A DNA stretch of 64,000 nucleotides from Octopus sinensis (taxonomy: Eukaryota). The DNA is taken from the NCBI RefSeq assembly GCF_006345805.1, contig NC_043001.1:58342001-58406000 (forward strand), written 5' to 3'. Position numbers and translations under genes: made by a program. Under the pieces are notes generated by a model. The model saw only the letters and a program-made list of their open reading frames with translations, did no database searches and was not told where the DNA came from. Every line of letters begins with the position of its first letter. The stretch's first letter is position 1. This document shows, one piece after another, positions 1-13,228 of this stretch.

Positions 1-299
1 GATTAGGACATTCACCGATTTTTGTGAATGCAATGAAATATATACCATTCCCAAAAGATCACGCTTTCAGTCAAATATAATTCCTTTGCACTGACTTCCA
101 ATATCATAAGGATGGCGGAAATAATCGTTGTCTAGCGACGTTTTCTAATACTAGGAATCACTATCTCTCCCACACTCACACACACTTTCTCTCACTCTCA
201 GAGGAAGAAATACTAGTACAACTACCGTAAAACCAGACACCCTGGAATTCTGATGTCATATATCATCAGCAATTGCGCTTCCTCACAGAAAATTAGGTG

Positions 300-1340
300 A
301 ACCAATATTTTCATTCTGTATCTCCCTTCCTGTTTCTCTAGATGTCAGCAAATATTTCGGTCGTCTATAAATGCAAATATCCCAAAGGATCCGCACCCTG
401 ATGGGCCAAAATATTTCATATTTGTATCATTTGCTTACTTTTGACAGGACTCTTTGTGTCACACATACCATAAAATCTGGTCTCCTAATGGATTCCGTTT
501 TGTTTCCCATTATTTTCCTTTACACTTCAAAGCCCTTCATGAAGTTGTGTTAAAAAAATCAGGTCTTCCTAAGATGATGCTATCCTTTATCACTCCATAA
601 CCATCAACAATCATGCCAAGCCTACACTGATCCCATGAATGTGACATAGAAGGCATGCTTCTGTGGAACTACGAGAGTCTTTCATTTTGTACAAAATATA
701 AGCACAAAACTTATTGATATCAGAGAAACGTTATATTTTCACACACATCTTAAGTATGAGCAACCTAGTGATTTCATGCTCTCCACTAATTTCGAACCTC
801 AGTGCCATAAAAATCCTCTCCAGCTGAACCACACACATAACACAGCACTGCACAAACCTAAATATTTATCTGCGCCAAAAACATTCACATACAACCCCAC
901 CAAAATTTACTGGCAGCCTACGAGTCTCCAGCGAGGCCCATAATAAAATAAATAAGTACTTCCAAGATTGAGCTCATGAAAAGGGCTACTAGACTGGCAA
1001 AAATCGCTCAAAAACAGGTTCCTAGTACACGTTCTGATGTGTGCTGGTATTTCTCTGGCATACCTCCTGTCCCTAGCCATGAAAATCAGAATCACTCGCC
1101 TCTTTATCATTACTGGTCTGTCCAATTCACCGAGTCAGTACTAATAACTGATCCCAATAGTAATCTCTTTTCTCCTTACAACGTCTGCTTTCTGGCATTC
1201 CCTCTCTCTTCATGATAGTTCTGCTTGTGTTCACTCGCAGCAGTTGAAGTGGATCCCTGATCGTTTGAGAAAGCCGAGGATATTTCCATTTCTTCATGAG
1301 TAGCATGAAAAAATATCTCCATGTAAGCAAATCAGGTTGG
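300..1340 (-). mobile_element. Highly decayed Ty3/gypsy-like integrase remnant with possible polypurine tract
   Basis: Broken minus-strand frames give integrase-like pieces in the expected order: FSWLG (HHCC region), EVLIYFIMGL...ILV (first catalytic D region), SSTE, then KYFGP (GPY/F module), followed by purine run GAGAAACAGGAAGGGAGA (~321-338). Many stops and frameshifts. Confidence 0.35.
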
Positions 1341-2171
1341 CATTATAAAAATATACACTTACAATAATATAGACCTGGATATATATATATATATAGACCT
1401 GAACTTCGGAACGTTTTTGAATTTAGGTTTGTTCAACTATGGACGATTGAAACCAGACGGCTCCATTCACTGACTATCGCTCAAACTTTGATATTCATCT
1501 TTACCTTATCTAGTGTGAATATGTTACAGTTTTGTGCCAAATATTAGCAAGTCATTACAGATCTGACTATTTTATTTCTTGCATGTTACATAGAGCCTAA
1601 TGACTACAACTGTCAAAGACAATGAAGCATGAATTGTGAGATTTGCCTAATCTATCTATAATGTTGGAGCACTGGTACTCATTTTTATATTATTTCTTTG
1701 TTGTTCAACCTAAGTTGCCGTTAGATTGAGGCGATGTATAACCAAAGGTGATTCAATAATGATTTCATAAGCTTTTTGAATACCAAGAGCTAAAATAGCA
1801 AATGGGCTCTAAACCCTTTTGCGTCAAAGTCTTTATAAATTTATATAAGTTTTAAATTATAACTATATTTTCTCATGTGACCTTCATTATTTGAGATAGT
1901 AGGGTATAAATCGATCCAGTAATTGTTAATATTTCTTGCTGTTTAAGGAACCATGTAGTGATACTCCCGCAGGATCGATTTTTTTAAGGTGTTAGAAAAA
2001 ATTAATAAGCCTTATAGTATCCAGATTCATATATTACGATCTAATAAATCATTAATTTCTTAATAATGTTTAAAGAAATTACTTATGTTACTGTCGTAAT
2101 TAAATTTATTATTTTAGGAAGAGCTCTACATCAGAGATTGATTTAAAGTAAAAATGTTCTTATGTTAATAT

Positions 2172-2383
2172 TGGTTTCCAATTTTGGCATAAGCCTAGCA
2201 GGTTTACGGGAGGGGCTAATACAATTAAATCGACCCCAGTGATCATCTACTTATTTTATCAATTTCGAAAGGTTGTAAGGGAAAGTCAGTCTCGGCGGAA
2301 TGTGAAATGAGAACCGAATAACAGATGAGTAACCGCTGATGATTTCACTCGGTGTGCTAACGATTCTGCTAGGTCACTGTCTT
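2172..2383 (-). mobile_element. SINE family 1 copy (octopus OR/OK-like, ~215 bp)
   Basis: Homologous to copies at 2403, 5413, 9480 and 47118 (shared GCTAACGATTCTGC, GGCGGAAT, ATCGACCCC blocks). Confidence 0.75.
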
Positions 2384-2402
2384 AGTCACTGAAAGTGTTT
2401 TA

Positions 2403-2615
2403 AGACGACGAGATAGCAGAATCATTGACACACCGTGCGAAATACTTAGCGGCATATCGTCCGTCTTTACTTTCTGAGTTCAAATTGCACTGTGACCGGC
2501 GCTACCTTTCATCTCTTTGGGATCCATAAATTAATTACAAGTGTAGTACTGAAGTCGATGTATTTGACTAACAACACAACCCTGAATTTACTGGCCTTGT
2601 TTTTGTTTACAAATT
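2403..2615 (+). mobile_element. SINE family 1 copy, head-to-head with the previous one
   Basis: GACGAGATAGCAGAATCATTGACACACCG...CTTAGCGGCATATCGTCCGTC...GAGTTCAAATT (B-box-like)...GTCGATGTATTTGAC; reverse-complement homolog of 2172-2383. Confidence 0.75.
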
Positions 2616-5412
2616 TTGGGTATATCAGTATACTGTATAGTTTTTGAAACTAATTTGGAATAGGCTGCAATTGAATAATGATATTATGGGTGATGTCTGG
2701 CTAAGGTTAGCGGAGTATAAGGTGTGTATTTATGGTAGGTAGTGCTTTTTACGACCCCTGTTTTTTTTACATATTGTATGATTTTACTTGAATGAGTAAA
2801 AATTGATGGTGAGTATGCATTATATGCACAGTGTACGAATGTATGCTACTTTTGTTGATGTGCTTTAGTGTTTGGTTCTGTTCATTTTGTAAAGTAATAG
2901 CTTATGGACGTTTGATAATAGCTGACTCTAACTGAAAGAATTATATTTTCTGACTTTCGGTGACAAATCTTGCTTATTGATTTCAATCAAAATAATGCCA
3001 TACAATATATTTCTTCTTTGTTAGACTAATATTTTATGCCATGGAATTATTTGAATGCATTTAGAATATTATCAGAAATAGTGTATGACAGAAAGCGATA
3101 CATATTTTTTACGAAATCGTTGCTCTATTACGCCATAAGTATGATTGCTTTGAACATAATATTACCACAATATTATCAGCATATCACATGATATATGCTG
3201 CTATATTTCTAAATACTAAACATGCATTCCTCTATTACATCACCTGTAAGTAACATTGTACCCCGACTACTTTCAAAGTACCGCAATTTATTGATATAAC
3301 ACATTACAGTCAAAATATAACTGTTATTGTCATATTTACCGCATTACAACACAACATAAAACATGTTATCATTTTCCATCCTCCAGAAACTAAATGTTAT
3401 AACTAAATGTTATAACAATACATTCGTTACGCTGTTTCATATAGCTTCACTAAGATACATTTTTATATTTTGTATTTTACAGTGTTTTGAGACGCAGTAA
3501 AATAGATTCGAATGGAAATTATCTTTTCTCAGTGAGATACTGTATGCACATTACACATACATACATATGTGTATGTGTGTATACGAATATACATTCCAAA
3601 TCCTAAATTAATTTTGCTTTCTGTTTCTGTTAGGCTTCTTTTCTTTAATGATTATTTGTATACAGAGTAGTATTTCTTTCATGTTTTCATAAACATCTTC
3701 CATTAAACTCTTACTGGTTCGTAAATAAGATGACAATATCATTAAAATTCACTTAAAACAAGAAATTGCCTTCGAAATATGGCATTTCGGTGTATTTGAT
3801 GTCATATATTGATAACTATACAAAGCAAAGGTTGTTCGCGTTAGAATTATTAATTTTTTTTTAATAATTGAAAAATGCAAAACTATAACAAAAATGAAAA
3901 CAGAAAAATAGATATTAAATAATAAAAGGGAACACAAAATAATCAATTAGTTGAGATAATTATATTTTAAATCTCAAACAAATTATTGATGATATTAATT
4001 TCATGACAAACTCTTTATGCTATGTATTACTGGAAAACTAGCATTCATATATCATTAACTTGAGTTTATATAAACACAAACATATTAGCAGAATTATTTG
4101 TGATGTGACATAAATATTGCATTGACAGTAAAAATAAAGCATTGCATCACACACCTGATATTTATTCTTAGAGAAAATATAATAGTATTTTTTGCAATAT
4201 AAATTTGATTATTTTAAATTAAAGTTGAAATATAATATTTAATGTAGAAAAATATTTCCATATACATTTATATAAATGCATGCATTCCTATACACTGGCA
4301 CATACGCGCAGACACATATATTTATGTATATATATGTGAGTACATGTATGTATATGTGTGTGTGTTTGTAAATGTAAGTGTGTCAGTATGAGTCTGTATT
4401 TATGAATGTTCTTTTGTATCTATGTGTGTATTTATATGTCTAAATATATTAGGATTGTAATCTAGTGGTGCTTGTACTTAGAATGCTGGAAACAAGATTA
4501 CAAAATTTTGTTTGAATTTGTGCATTATTTTTGAGTGTATTATTGTATAATAACATCCAACAGTTATTGTTATATTAAACTTTTAAGAAGTTTAAACGTA
4601 AGTTTGATTAATCAAATAGAAAATAAAATTTGTGAGGTTCTATACCACAACTTGTGAATCAAATGTAAACGCTTTAAGAAACTCCAATAGCATTCGGTTT
4701 AATTCTTGAGAAAACACTATGTAACTGGTTTTACTGATCGTGTATAGTGACAATAATGTTGTAAATATGAATTTTCCAAAATGTTATGAGTATTTCTGTA
4801 AGAAATGAATCCAGGAAATTTAGCATTTCGGCTTAGAAATTACTCAACGGTATTAAGTGACGTTTCCAAGAATGCAAATTTAAGTAAAAGTGGTATGTAA
4901 TTAGGGAAGGCAGGCTTTTGACCTTGCTAGTAAATGACAGCAAATTTAGAGTAAGCCAATAAACAAAATAATGGGGTTTGTTACGTTATGGAGCGGAGTT
5001 AACGACTGAAAAGTTGTAACGCGAGAGACAACTAACGGGGATGGGAGGAATGGCGGTTTTGTAGACTTGCTTAAAATTATGCATCTGTGAAACATAAGAA
5101 CGTAAACATGCAAATGGCGATGATGAACATCATCACGTTTAAAACCATTAACGCATAAACCATTAGCAAACTACTATCACCCATCACAACAAAAATCCCT
5201 ACTACCACAAGCGCAACCACCACAACGTATTTAAAATTCTAACCAAAAAGCTTATTACCAGTATCACCGATACCACCTCAATGACATCCTCAACAAAATT
5301 AAACCAGTCCACCATCAACAAAATCACAAGTAGCACGAACAACACGTAAACTGACACTACTACACGATATTTTCTACGTCAACTACCAACACTATCATCA
5401 CCACCTCTAATA

Positions 5413-5628
5413 ATCCTTTCCTGTAGAGGCACACGGCTTGAAATTTCGTTGGAGGGGACTAGTGGTTTACATCGACCCCGATGCTCGACAGGTATTAATT
5501 TGATCGATTCCGAGAGGATAGAAGACGAAGTCAACCCTGGTGGAATTTGAACTAAGAATGTAAAGACAGACGAAATAACGCTAAGCATTTCGCACTGCGT
5601 GCTAACGATTCTGCACGCTCAACGCCTT
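5413..5628 (-). mobile_element. SINE family 1 copy
   Basis: GAGGGGACTAGT...ATCGACCCC...GGAATTTGAACT...GACGAAATAACGCTAAGCATTTCG...GCTAACGATTCTGC. Confidence 0.75.
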
Positions 5629-5769
5629 CACCACCACTAATAGTAACAGCATTAAATTCAAACTGTTCCTTCATAAAATCTTGAACATCGCATTCATTGA
5701 TTGTAGATGCAACTAAATCAGAATGGGGGATCATGTTTCAGTTTACTTGATTTCATCTGAAGACATGCG

Positions 5770-8700
5770 AAACCATAAAGACTGTCGGATCCGCCTACAC
5801 ACTCCACCACGAAAAGAGTTGTCCTATTTGTAACAAAATATATATTTCACCAGTTGAAATTAGAGACTACACACCACTAAATTATTGCTACAAAGACGTT
5901 TCCCCACTTCTTCCTGGCGAAGAGATCTATCAAGGCAAAATCAACAAAAAAGATAAGTAAACTTTGACATAGAAGTCAAACGCAGCGCAGATAAAAACAA
6001 GGAGACATGTAGCCAGGGAAAGTATTTTAATGATTAAACCTTGAACAGCAACAAACGTGGTTTCGCGTCAGTAGCAACCATAAACCAGGAAATTATATTT
6101 GTAAATACCAGAGACCAAGAAAAATATGAATGTACGCGGAAGGCAACGCTGTCAAGCTCACCCCCACTACCACCACCGGCGAAAAATACAACAAACCATG
6201 AGGAAAACAATAATCTTTAAAACTCTATCACTTAAAACCAAAAATTTCGAACACATTCCAAAAGAAAGTATTCAGAAAGCCTTCAGCCCCTATGAGGCAA
6301 AACTACATATGTGTACGAGGAAAAAGTACGGTAATATGGAGGTAAGATTCGGGTCTGAAGAAGAAACAAAACGACACTCCACAATGCTAATAAATCAACT
6401 GATTTAATACTGCTACCGACGTACCTGGGAAGACGAACACCAAAAATAAAAATAAGGGATGTCCCACCAAAATTGACGTAGTATGGCTTGTGGCTGAAGC
6501 CTTACTGTACCTAGAAATCAGCGTCACAATACTGCAAATCACCATGCCACACCATCAAAACTACTGGGACCAAGGCCTAGAGATTCTTATCCAGACAGCT
6601 CAACAGGATCTAGAACAAATCCCGGACATTATAAAACTTCCCGATAGAACAGCATTATATTTCATGGTGGAGGGATATAGACGCAGATGCTATAACTGTG
6701 GGTAAAAAATCATATTAGTGTCTGCTGCCCACAAAAATCCGCAGCAATGGGTCGCTTCCACCAAACAATCACCTACAGCTAAATCTAAACGATCAAGCTG
6801 GGGCCAAGGCCAGCAAAACCGTCCTCGCAAAACCCACAATGGGCCCAGCCCCAGGTGCGAAAGTGAAAGAAGCAACCAAGGGAGCATAAATCATTTAGAA
6901 CCAGACCCCGATAGTGAGAGCAAGACAATGAAACTGCAACACACCCAAGATGACCCTACTAAAGATCTAAATTATTCCGAAAGGAAGGAAGTCGTGAAAA
7001 AAAGAAAACGTAAAAACACTTCTCCAACTCCACTCCGCAAGACAGATACACATCTGACTGCACGCATACACCTCACACGTATACAAGCATCACAAACACC
7101 AGCACCACAATCACAAGACACTATCATCAACATCACATCTATCAACACCAATGACACACACCCTCATCACCCCATTCATCGCACCCTCTTCAGCCCCCCC
7201 CCAGTTGCTGCTCACGTACAGTTCATTTACATTGTTAACCATACTTATATGGATATAAAAGATATCTTCCCTAATTACATTAGAATCCTTGAATAAACAT
7301 TCAAGAAACACTTGTTCCTTAATTTAATCAAGGACACCCCACAAGCCACACTGGGTGGGGGGATAGACCTTCACCTACCACACACACACACACACAGAAT
7401 GCACCATGTAATTGGACTCTCTTTTCTCTCTCCCGTCATGTTTTCGCTCAAGCTTGGCAGTGTGAATATGCATGGCCTGGGATCGAACTGGAAGCAGGGT
7501 TATTTGCTAAATGATTTCAGGTCATTGAATTTGGATGTGATAGTCACCAGCGAAACCAGACACACCGAGCTGCAGGCTTTCCTTCACTTTCTCGATGGTT
7601 ACGAGATTTATGCATTTCAATTCCAGACCAGAGGTGGGGCAGAAGGGGAACTGTGGTCTCGTTCAGAAAAAATCTTGTCTTAGAGATTAGAACAATCTTT
7701 GTGGACACAGAAGTTAGGCTGGTCGTCCTTGACGTGACCCAATCAGTGGTTGTACCTTGAGATTGGTCGGTCTCTATGCGCTAAATGATACGGGTCAATC
7801 AGACTACTTAAGACTAGAGGCAGCATGGACTTCTCGGACAACATCCTGGTTAGACTGCCACGACTCTCGGCGCGAGGGCTGGGGTGCTGTGAAAGTCCGA
7901 TCTCAGCCGTGGAGGTGGAATACACCCTATCAGGATGAGTCGTGGGCAAGTGTCCGAGTCTGGATGTGCTGTCCTGCGAATTCTACTACAATATGCCAGG
8001 CTTGTTTGGGAACCTGCTGACAAGCATTTATGGCAACTACCAACAGAACAGAAGCAGTCCTATTTCTAGGTGTCAGAGGACCGTGTTGTTGCTAAAGAAG
8101 GACTCAAAGTGCTAAGAGGTTCACGCAAGTATGCGCTATCCTAAACAGGACTATCCACAACAACCTCCACTTCATGTTCTGCACCGCAGACAGGGTGATT
8201 AATATTCCTGATATCCAGAGGTACTGATATATTTGGATCAGCGAAAACTGTTCGATAGTGTTGGCAATTGTTATCTGGTGGTAGCACTCGAAGCGGCCGG
8301 GTTAGGCACGGACTTCCGTAGTTTGATCACCGACTTATACAGTAACATTTAATCTGCATTGTACATCTAGTAGGTGGTGCCATAAGGGAGTACAAAGCGG
8401 TAACGGGAAGAAAAATAAATCATGAAAAGCCAGTTAGCCTGCAGTTCGGTACCTGGAGAGGTAGGTCGATGCCTCCCAGCAACTGCTCGGGGACTGGTTC
8501 GGACCAGACTCCATATAGAGAGAAACTGGGTTCAGATACCGAGCAGGGTGGCCAATCTCATCTAGAAATGGGCTGAGAGTAAACTGTCCCTGAATGGCTG
8601 TCGGAGTTGGCGAATGTGTTTATCGTATCAGTCATCATTTACCGCCTAACAGTCTTGCGTTGCCCGGATTCGTGTCTTGTCAAGTTGCAGTACCTACTTT

Positions 8701-9205
8701 TATGCTTTTTGTGGAAGGGTTGATGTCCGCTGGTCAGACGATCTATCTACTGTCAACTACCGTTAAATGGAGGGCTTGACATGCCTTGGCGGAAAATGTA
8801 CAGACATACGCTAAGGCCGAGGCTGCTCCACTCCACCTAGACAGGGAACAGGTGTGGCCGCCCTTCATCAAACTCGTCTTCCCACAGTTACACAGTTTAG
8901 CGAATTGAACTCATGGATCATGCGTAGACCTAGGTTGGGTGCTTGCCAAGCAGAGTACCGTCAGGTTCTCTCGCTACATCGCGTCTGGGAGGAACTCAGT
9001 AGTCCAGTGAGTCCATAATTAAGAGTGTTCCGCCTACCGGGAAAGGCAGGCAGCTTTTATCTGCTTAGTGGCTATAGCGAAAGAGGTTGTGTGATTGACG
9101 CGAGTGAAACGGATAAGGACTGATTTTTTTAATTATAATTATTACTTGTTTTTGGTAACCTTCTCTCCGGCACTGGTGTAACGAAATAAACTATTTCATC
9201 CACCA
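5770..9205 (+). mobile_element. Decayed, internally deleted Tx1/L1-clade LINE (ORF1 + APE endonuclease + RT remnants)
   Basis: ORF1 pieces 6198-7296 (MEVRFGSEEE, LLPTYLGRRT, RRRCYNCG knuckle start, low-complexity tail). APE N-terminus at 7438-7830 (LKLGSVNMHGL...DVIVTSETR...RLVGLYA). RT remnants 7940-9120 (YLDQRKLFDSV; W..SKLSLNG; FMLFVEG). AATAAA near 9185. Confidence 0.85.
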
Positions 9206-9479
9206 CTTGAAAAGCGGGTCCAACATGAACAAGTGCCCGGTGTGTAGCTCAAATAAAACAACCTGGACGTCGAAGTGATTATACTACATTTTCATCGCAA
9301 TGATTAAGAAGGGAGGGTTTCGAGTTTAAGTAGAGAGGTTCTGTTAGTGAAATATGCAGTCACCATACAATGCCATTACAAATAGCAATAAGCCTATAAA
9401 CTATTCAAGAATACGTGGCGTTATAGACAATCAAAAGACAATGGTAGCGGTCTGCAGCAGGAAGGATTGTGTATGTTAT

Positions 9480-9692
9480 TAATTTCAAATTTTTGAACAA
9501 GTTCAGTAATTTCGGGGGAGTGGGTAAGTTGATGACATTGGCCCCGCTAATCAACTAGCATTCAATTTATCGACCAAGAAAGAATGAAAGGCAAAAACGA
9601 TCTCAGGAAAATTTGAGCACGTAAAGACGGGTAAAATGCTGCAAGACATTTTATCTTGTGTACTGACGATTCTGCCAACTCACTGTTTTAAG
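9480..9692 (-). mobile_element. SINE family 1 copy (diverged)
   Basis: TTTATCGACC...AATGAAAGGCAAAA...GACGATTCTGCCAACTCACTG matches the other family 1 copies. Confidence 0.65.
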
Positions 9693-10189
9693 GATTGCTA
9701 TATTGGTGAAATTAATGGAAAGAACTATATTATATGTCTATGAGTAATGGAATTTCGAAATCAAACACCTTCAGAAAGAGAGTAAGCCAATGTACACAGG
9801 TGACCGCTTTTTGTTCAATTATATCGACCCCGTGAAAATTTTCTGTTAGAATAGGCAGGCAAACTATTTTCTATATTTCTTTACCCTTTCTACTATTCTC
9901 TTTGCTAATTATGAATTACATCACCGCATGTTACACGCGGTGCACTTCATTGAAAAGCACGAGGTAGAGCGAAACACATCTGTCGTTCTTGTAAGTCATT
10001 CCTGCGATGATGTTTGCGTTACTTTCATATTGCGTATTTAACATGTGCTTAAGCGTAGATAAAGATATTATGACTAATAACCACGCATGCATATCATGAT
10101 ACAAATATTTCAATAGATGTGGTGTTACTGTAAAGTAGCGCGATTTCCACACGCTGGCCTACATGTGGGCTTCTGTGTTTTTATGTATG

Positions 10190-10222
<33 letters not shown>

Positions 10223-10240
10223 TAACATATATATGTATGA

Positions 10241-10279
<39 letters not shown>

Positions 10280-10285
10280 AATATG

Positions 10286-10356
<71 letters not shown>
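10190..10356. repeat. Compound (TA)n/(CA)n microsatellite
   Basis: Seen directly; source of the spurious YI/HT ORFs. Confidence 0.95.
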
Positions 10357-10359
<3 letters not shown>

Positions 10360-10361
10360 GT

Positions 10362-11480
10362 TTCTCTATCATGGCAACGCGTGATGGGGAAGGTGAGACT
10401 ATTATGCCAGTCCAGGAATCGGTCCACGTGAGGCCAAATACTTGAACGTATGTTGAGATAATATTGTCTTAGCCCGTTTGACTTCGGAGTGTTGATTTCT
10501 GTAGTTATTATCTGTATTTTGCCGATTTATAAAAGTGTTTTAGCTGTTATAAGTAGACATACTTCTTATATCCTTTGATTAATGTTAATCATTCAGGTAT
10601 TTAATGCTTTGCGGGGGTGGCTTGCAATCGCCTATATGATTGCTTCTGTTATCGTTTTTTAATTGTTACACTAGATAATAATAGAGTCAATGATATCTTC
10701 GCAAATTATTTTTTCGTTAATTATTTTTCTAGAGAAATATTTGTTCTGTATTCAAATTATGTTCACATTGGTAGCTGCCAAGATTCGGCGCAAATCGAAT
10801 CAGTTGTAGCGCAAACTTCAACATAACGGGTTGTGGCTCTCTATCGTGGTAACATATGCGGAAGAAGGTGAGGCTATTATGGCAGTCCAGAAACTGGTTC
10901 ACGTGGGTCTAAATACTTGAATGTATGCTGATAGATAAACTGAGTCCATTTGTCATCGAATGGTTGATTTCTGTAGTTTTCATCAGTGTATTTTGGTGAT
11001 TTATATAAGAGTTTTGACTGTTATTTCCAGCAGGTATACATACCTAGGACATCCCTTCATTAATTTTAATCCTTCAGCTATTTAATGCTTTTTGGTGCCT
11101 GCAATCGTCTATATTATTGATTCTGTTATTATCATCTTTAAATTGTTATACTAGACAATAATAGAGTCAATATCTACGCAAATTACTCTTTCGTGAATTA
11201 TTTTTGTCGTGAATTCTTTGCTCCCAAGACACGACGCAAAACGTATCAGTTGCTGCGCAGACTTCAACATGACGTGTTAGGTGCTCTCTATCATGGTAAT
11301 GCGTGCTGAGGAAGGTCAGGCTATTATACTAATCCAGAAACCGATCCACGTGAGGCCAAATACTTGAATGTATACTGAGAGATTGTCTTAGTCATTTTGA
11401 CTTCGGACGGTTAATTTCTGTAGTTATCATCAGGGTATTTTGCAATGTATTTTTTTCGTGAATTATTTTTTCTCTGTATT
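10362..11480 (+). repeat. Tandem repeat, ~2.4 units of 475/447 bp, each carrying a hammerhead-like motif (retrozyme / Penelope pLTR-like)
   Basis: Units start TCTCTATC(A/G)TGG at ~10363, ~10838 and ~11285. CACGTG.G..C.AAATACTTGAA and GATTTCTGTAGTT-like blocks recur in all three; TTGCAATCG and ACTAGA.AATAATAGAGTCAAT recur in the two complete units. Confidence 0.92.
11300..11352 (+). ncRNA. Minimal type-I hammerhead ribozyme (best-preserved of three tandem copies)
   Basis: Stem I GCGTG/CACGT; core CTGAGGA 11306-11312; stem II GG/CC around an 18-nt loop; GAAA 11337-11340; stem III region ACCGAT (consensus of the three copies ACCGGT, palindromic); cleavage would follow TC 11345-11346. Confidence 0.7.
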
Positions 11481-12551
11481 GAAATATATAACTATATATA
11501 TATATATATATGTATATAAATATTTAATTATGGTGATTTAATAACCATCTATTAGACAACTGAACAGATACGACATTATTAATTTAGATCTCCATGCAAA
11601 TCTTTGCGTGTAAATTCACCGCACACCAATGCAAATTGTTTTAACTCTGTGATTTCTCTAGTTGTTCAATTATTAGAGTCTTATCCGGTATGTCGTCTTT
11701 TCGTTGACTGTGTTCTCTATTCACTATGCTATATTTGTATCAATTAAGTATTAACTTGAATCGTAAGCTTAGTTGAATAATGTTAGATTTTAATTTAAAT
11801 TGTGATATATTATCTATAGAACATTGCTTCAATATTTATTGAATTTGCGTGTTAATATGTATGTATATGTACGGAATTTTGTATACTTAATTGTCTCACT
11901 GTCTTTATTGTTAACGCATATTTATTTTTTTCTAAACATCATAGATGCTCACATTGTTGATTATATTTTACACAAGATTCTCTTCTCAAATATACATGTA
12001 TGCATGCATATACATATATATATATATAAATTGCCAGTAAACACTATATTGAAACATTTCAAAATAAAATGTTAATCTAAATCTAATGTTTTATTCTTTA
12101 AAATTTCAGTTATCTATCATTCTAGTATCTAGATATGAATTCTATTGTTTGGCCGACACTTGTGTGCTATTCAAAGGAAATCTACTCTTCTTAGAATTTA
12201 ATAGGAATTTTACCATTTCCTGTCATAGACCATATCATTTTCGGTATTGTCATTTCATCACAAAATGAATGAAATGTTTCCAATTCAAAATATTGCCGAT
12301 TTTATTTTTGTTATGCTCAGCGGTGTATTTTGTGAATATTAAATGCTTAACTTTATTTGTATGCAGTTATGATGGGTTTGTGAAATATTGTCGGCTTGAA
12401 ATATATGTATTCAATGTATTGCTTTGTTAGAGTTAATATAAATGTTAATTCTGAGTTATATAACATAAGATACCACAACAAGAAAATTAACATATAATTC
12501 CGAAGTCTGATAAGTAATTTCAGTTTCAAAGTTATTCGTACAAATTCCTAG

Positions 12552-12587
12552 AGTTCATGAAAAATATAGAGCGGCTGGAAACTCTTG
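12552..12587 (+). CDS. Possible 36-nt host micro-exon
   Basis: TTCCTAG acceptor, open phase-1 frame (FMKNIERLETL), donor G|GTAAGA; no homology recognised. Confidence 0.2.
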
Positions 12588-13228
12588 GTAAGATTTGTGC
12601 ACAAGATTTTATTTCATATTAGTAGACACTTCTCTTCACTATTGGCCATTTGGTTTTTGAAAATCCCGACCTTCATTTTATGCCATTCAATAAAACTGAG
12701 ATATAGCGCTTTCCATAAAAATCAATATCTATCACATACATCCATATAAAGTATAAATTGGCTTTGTATAACACTAGTTTTACATATATTGGAAGATATC
12801 GAGATTTAACTTGACTTTTTACTGTGAGAATTTTGACATAAATTTATAGTCAAATACAAAGCATCCACTCTAGCTTAATTACATATAATTAATATTGTTG
12901 TTTAGCCCAAAGTTTGTCCTGATTAATTAGTATTGTGATCGAAGGAATTTCAAAAAATACCATTTATGTTTAGTATATTTATTATTATATTAACTGTATC
13001 AGTCATGTGCAAAGATAGTAATGGGTGATGTGACGAAATTTGGTTGATATATCATGCAGGTAGCGCAACAATATGACGGCGAATATCCTAAGCATTGTTA
13101 CTTAAGTATATGCGTGAAAAAAATGGTATTCATATAGTCCTGGGTCAGGAGTTCACCAAACCAGACAACGCGAAGTTACGTGAGTGAGCTTGCCGGAGAA
13201 ACAATGATATTTCTTAATTATATACTGA

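Noticed and set aside
10955-10990. Minus-strand CTGATGA...GAAA inside the tandem unit (also ~11405-11435)
   Set aside because: The intervening 8 nt cannot form stem II, and no stem I or III is evident.
10362-11480. Tandem repeat considered as a CRISPR array or simple satellite
   Set aside because: Whole ~460-bp units are homologous with no unique spacers, the context is eukaryotic, and there are no cas genes.
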